From assembly GCA_037133055.1 (NCBI GenBank), contig JBAXOY010000016.1, forward strand, positions 1-37,934: a stretch of DNA of 37,934 nucleotides. Reading direction: 5' to 3'. The number at the start of each line of letters is the position of its first letter. Position 1 is the first letter of the stretch. Below the pieces are notes generated by a model that ran no database searches, was not told the origin of the DNA, and was given only the letters and a program-made list of their open reading frames with translations. Below are positions 37,361-37,934 of the stretch, piece by piece. A program made the position numbers and the translations under genes. Source of the stretch: Chlamydiota bacterium (GTDB lineage: Bacteria > Auribacterota > Tritonobacteria > UBA1439).

Positions 37361-37398
37361 CCCTCCCCCCCATGAGGGGGAGGGTTAGGGTGGGGGGC
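37361..37398. repeat. REP-like hairpin
   Basis: CCCTCCCCC (37361-37369), 6-nt loop, GGGGGAGGG (37376-37384): perfect 9-bp stem, followed by TTAGGGTGGGGGG. Confidence 0.7.
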
Positions 37399-37894
37399 GA
37401 TGTTCAGTCCATGCTCCTCGTCCCTCGGCGTCTCCCCCGTGCGAGGGATTGAGGACCGCGAACCCGAGTTCCGGCGAGAATTCACGCACCGCGGCGCAGC
37501 CGAGGAGCTCGAAGAGGATGGCCTCCCCGATCTGCCATACCTTCACCCCCCGGCGCACGCAGCCCGTCACCGTCTCGCACCCCCTGCCGCTCGCGGCGTG
37601 CATGTGGAGGATCGGGGCCCCGGTCTCGTCGGGGAAAAGAGCGCCCACCCCCGCGATCTCGTGGATGTCGTCGAGGATGAGCTCCATCGGGGCGACAGGC
37701 CTCGCGTCGCCGTCGGCCGGCCCCACCACGAGCCTGCTCCCCCGCTGCGCGCCGCCGACGAGGATCAGCGCCGCCGCGGCAATGCCGTGTTCGGCGGCAA
37801 ACCGCTCGATGACCTCGTGGACGATCTCGCCGTCCTCCATCGTGATGACGAAGACGCGCCCCTGCGTTGCCTGTGCGTACTTCATGACCGCCAA
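37385..37894 (-). CDS. PPC/DUF296 domain protein
   Basis: GRVFVITMEDGE, HEIAGVG, LHMHAASGR, TGCVR; start TTG 37894 or ATG 37885. Confidence 0.88.
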   Translation of the reverse strand: MAVMKYAQATQGRVFVITMEDGEIVHEVIERFAAEHGIAAAALILVGGAQRGSRLVVGPADGDARPVAPMELILDDIHEIAGVGALFPDETGAPILHMHAASGRGCETVTGCVRRGVKVWQIGEAILFELLGCAAVREFSPELGFAVLNPSHGGDAEGRGAWTEHRPPP

Positions 37895-37934
37895 GCCCTC
37901 CCCCTCCGCGTCACGAGGATGCTTCCCCGGCGCA

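Noticed and set aside
1035..37903. KOPS-like GGGNAGGG octamers pointing toward dif
   Set aside because: Many point inward, but counter-oriented copies exist (near 27616, 27904, 30248, 33513) and several coincide with Shine-Dalgarno sites. Not usable without a genome-wide count.

Overview
GC-rich bacterial chromosomal segment, probably from a diderm anaerobe (inference from an LptA/OstA-like protein, a lipoprotein and several Fe-S/flavin enzymes; lineage not determinable here). All supported genes from 1 to 17134 are on the + strand: coaX (partial), mnmA, a Trk K+ uptake operon (trkA-trkA-small membrane ORF-trkH-exported protein), a small secreted coiled-coil protein, rhomboid protease, MBL hydrolase, lipid kinase, TPR lipoprotein, and a glgC-glgA-galT-GH57-GH57 glycogen cluster. 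All supported genes from 17618 to the end are on the - strand: HTH, lepB, lepA, rpe, M16 peptidase, ruvX, prs, manC, trpA/B/F/C, LptA-like, Zn-ADH, radical SAM, flavodoxin, metF, HAD, nitroreductase, RlmD-like, MBL, EFR1 ferredoxin and DUF296. The two arms converge on an AT-richer patch containing a 28-bp XerC/XerD dif-like site (17524-17551), so this is probably the replication terminus. Main non-routine signals: (i) the dif-like site with an adjacent orphan HTH gene; (ii) several families of 7/9/10-nt tandem micro-repeat arrays in intergenic spacers, one inverted pair of which brackets an internally deleted four-helix-bundle gene, suggesting repeat-bounded mobile gene cassettes and their scars; (iii) a 52-aa membrane ORF, absent from the ORF track, coupled by ATGA overlaps between trkA and trkH; (iv) a CxxC...CxxC insertion in signal peptidase I. 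No rRNA, tRNA, CRISPR array, transposase or integrase was found. All calls come from reading the sequence; no searches were run.
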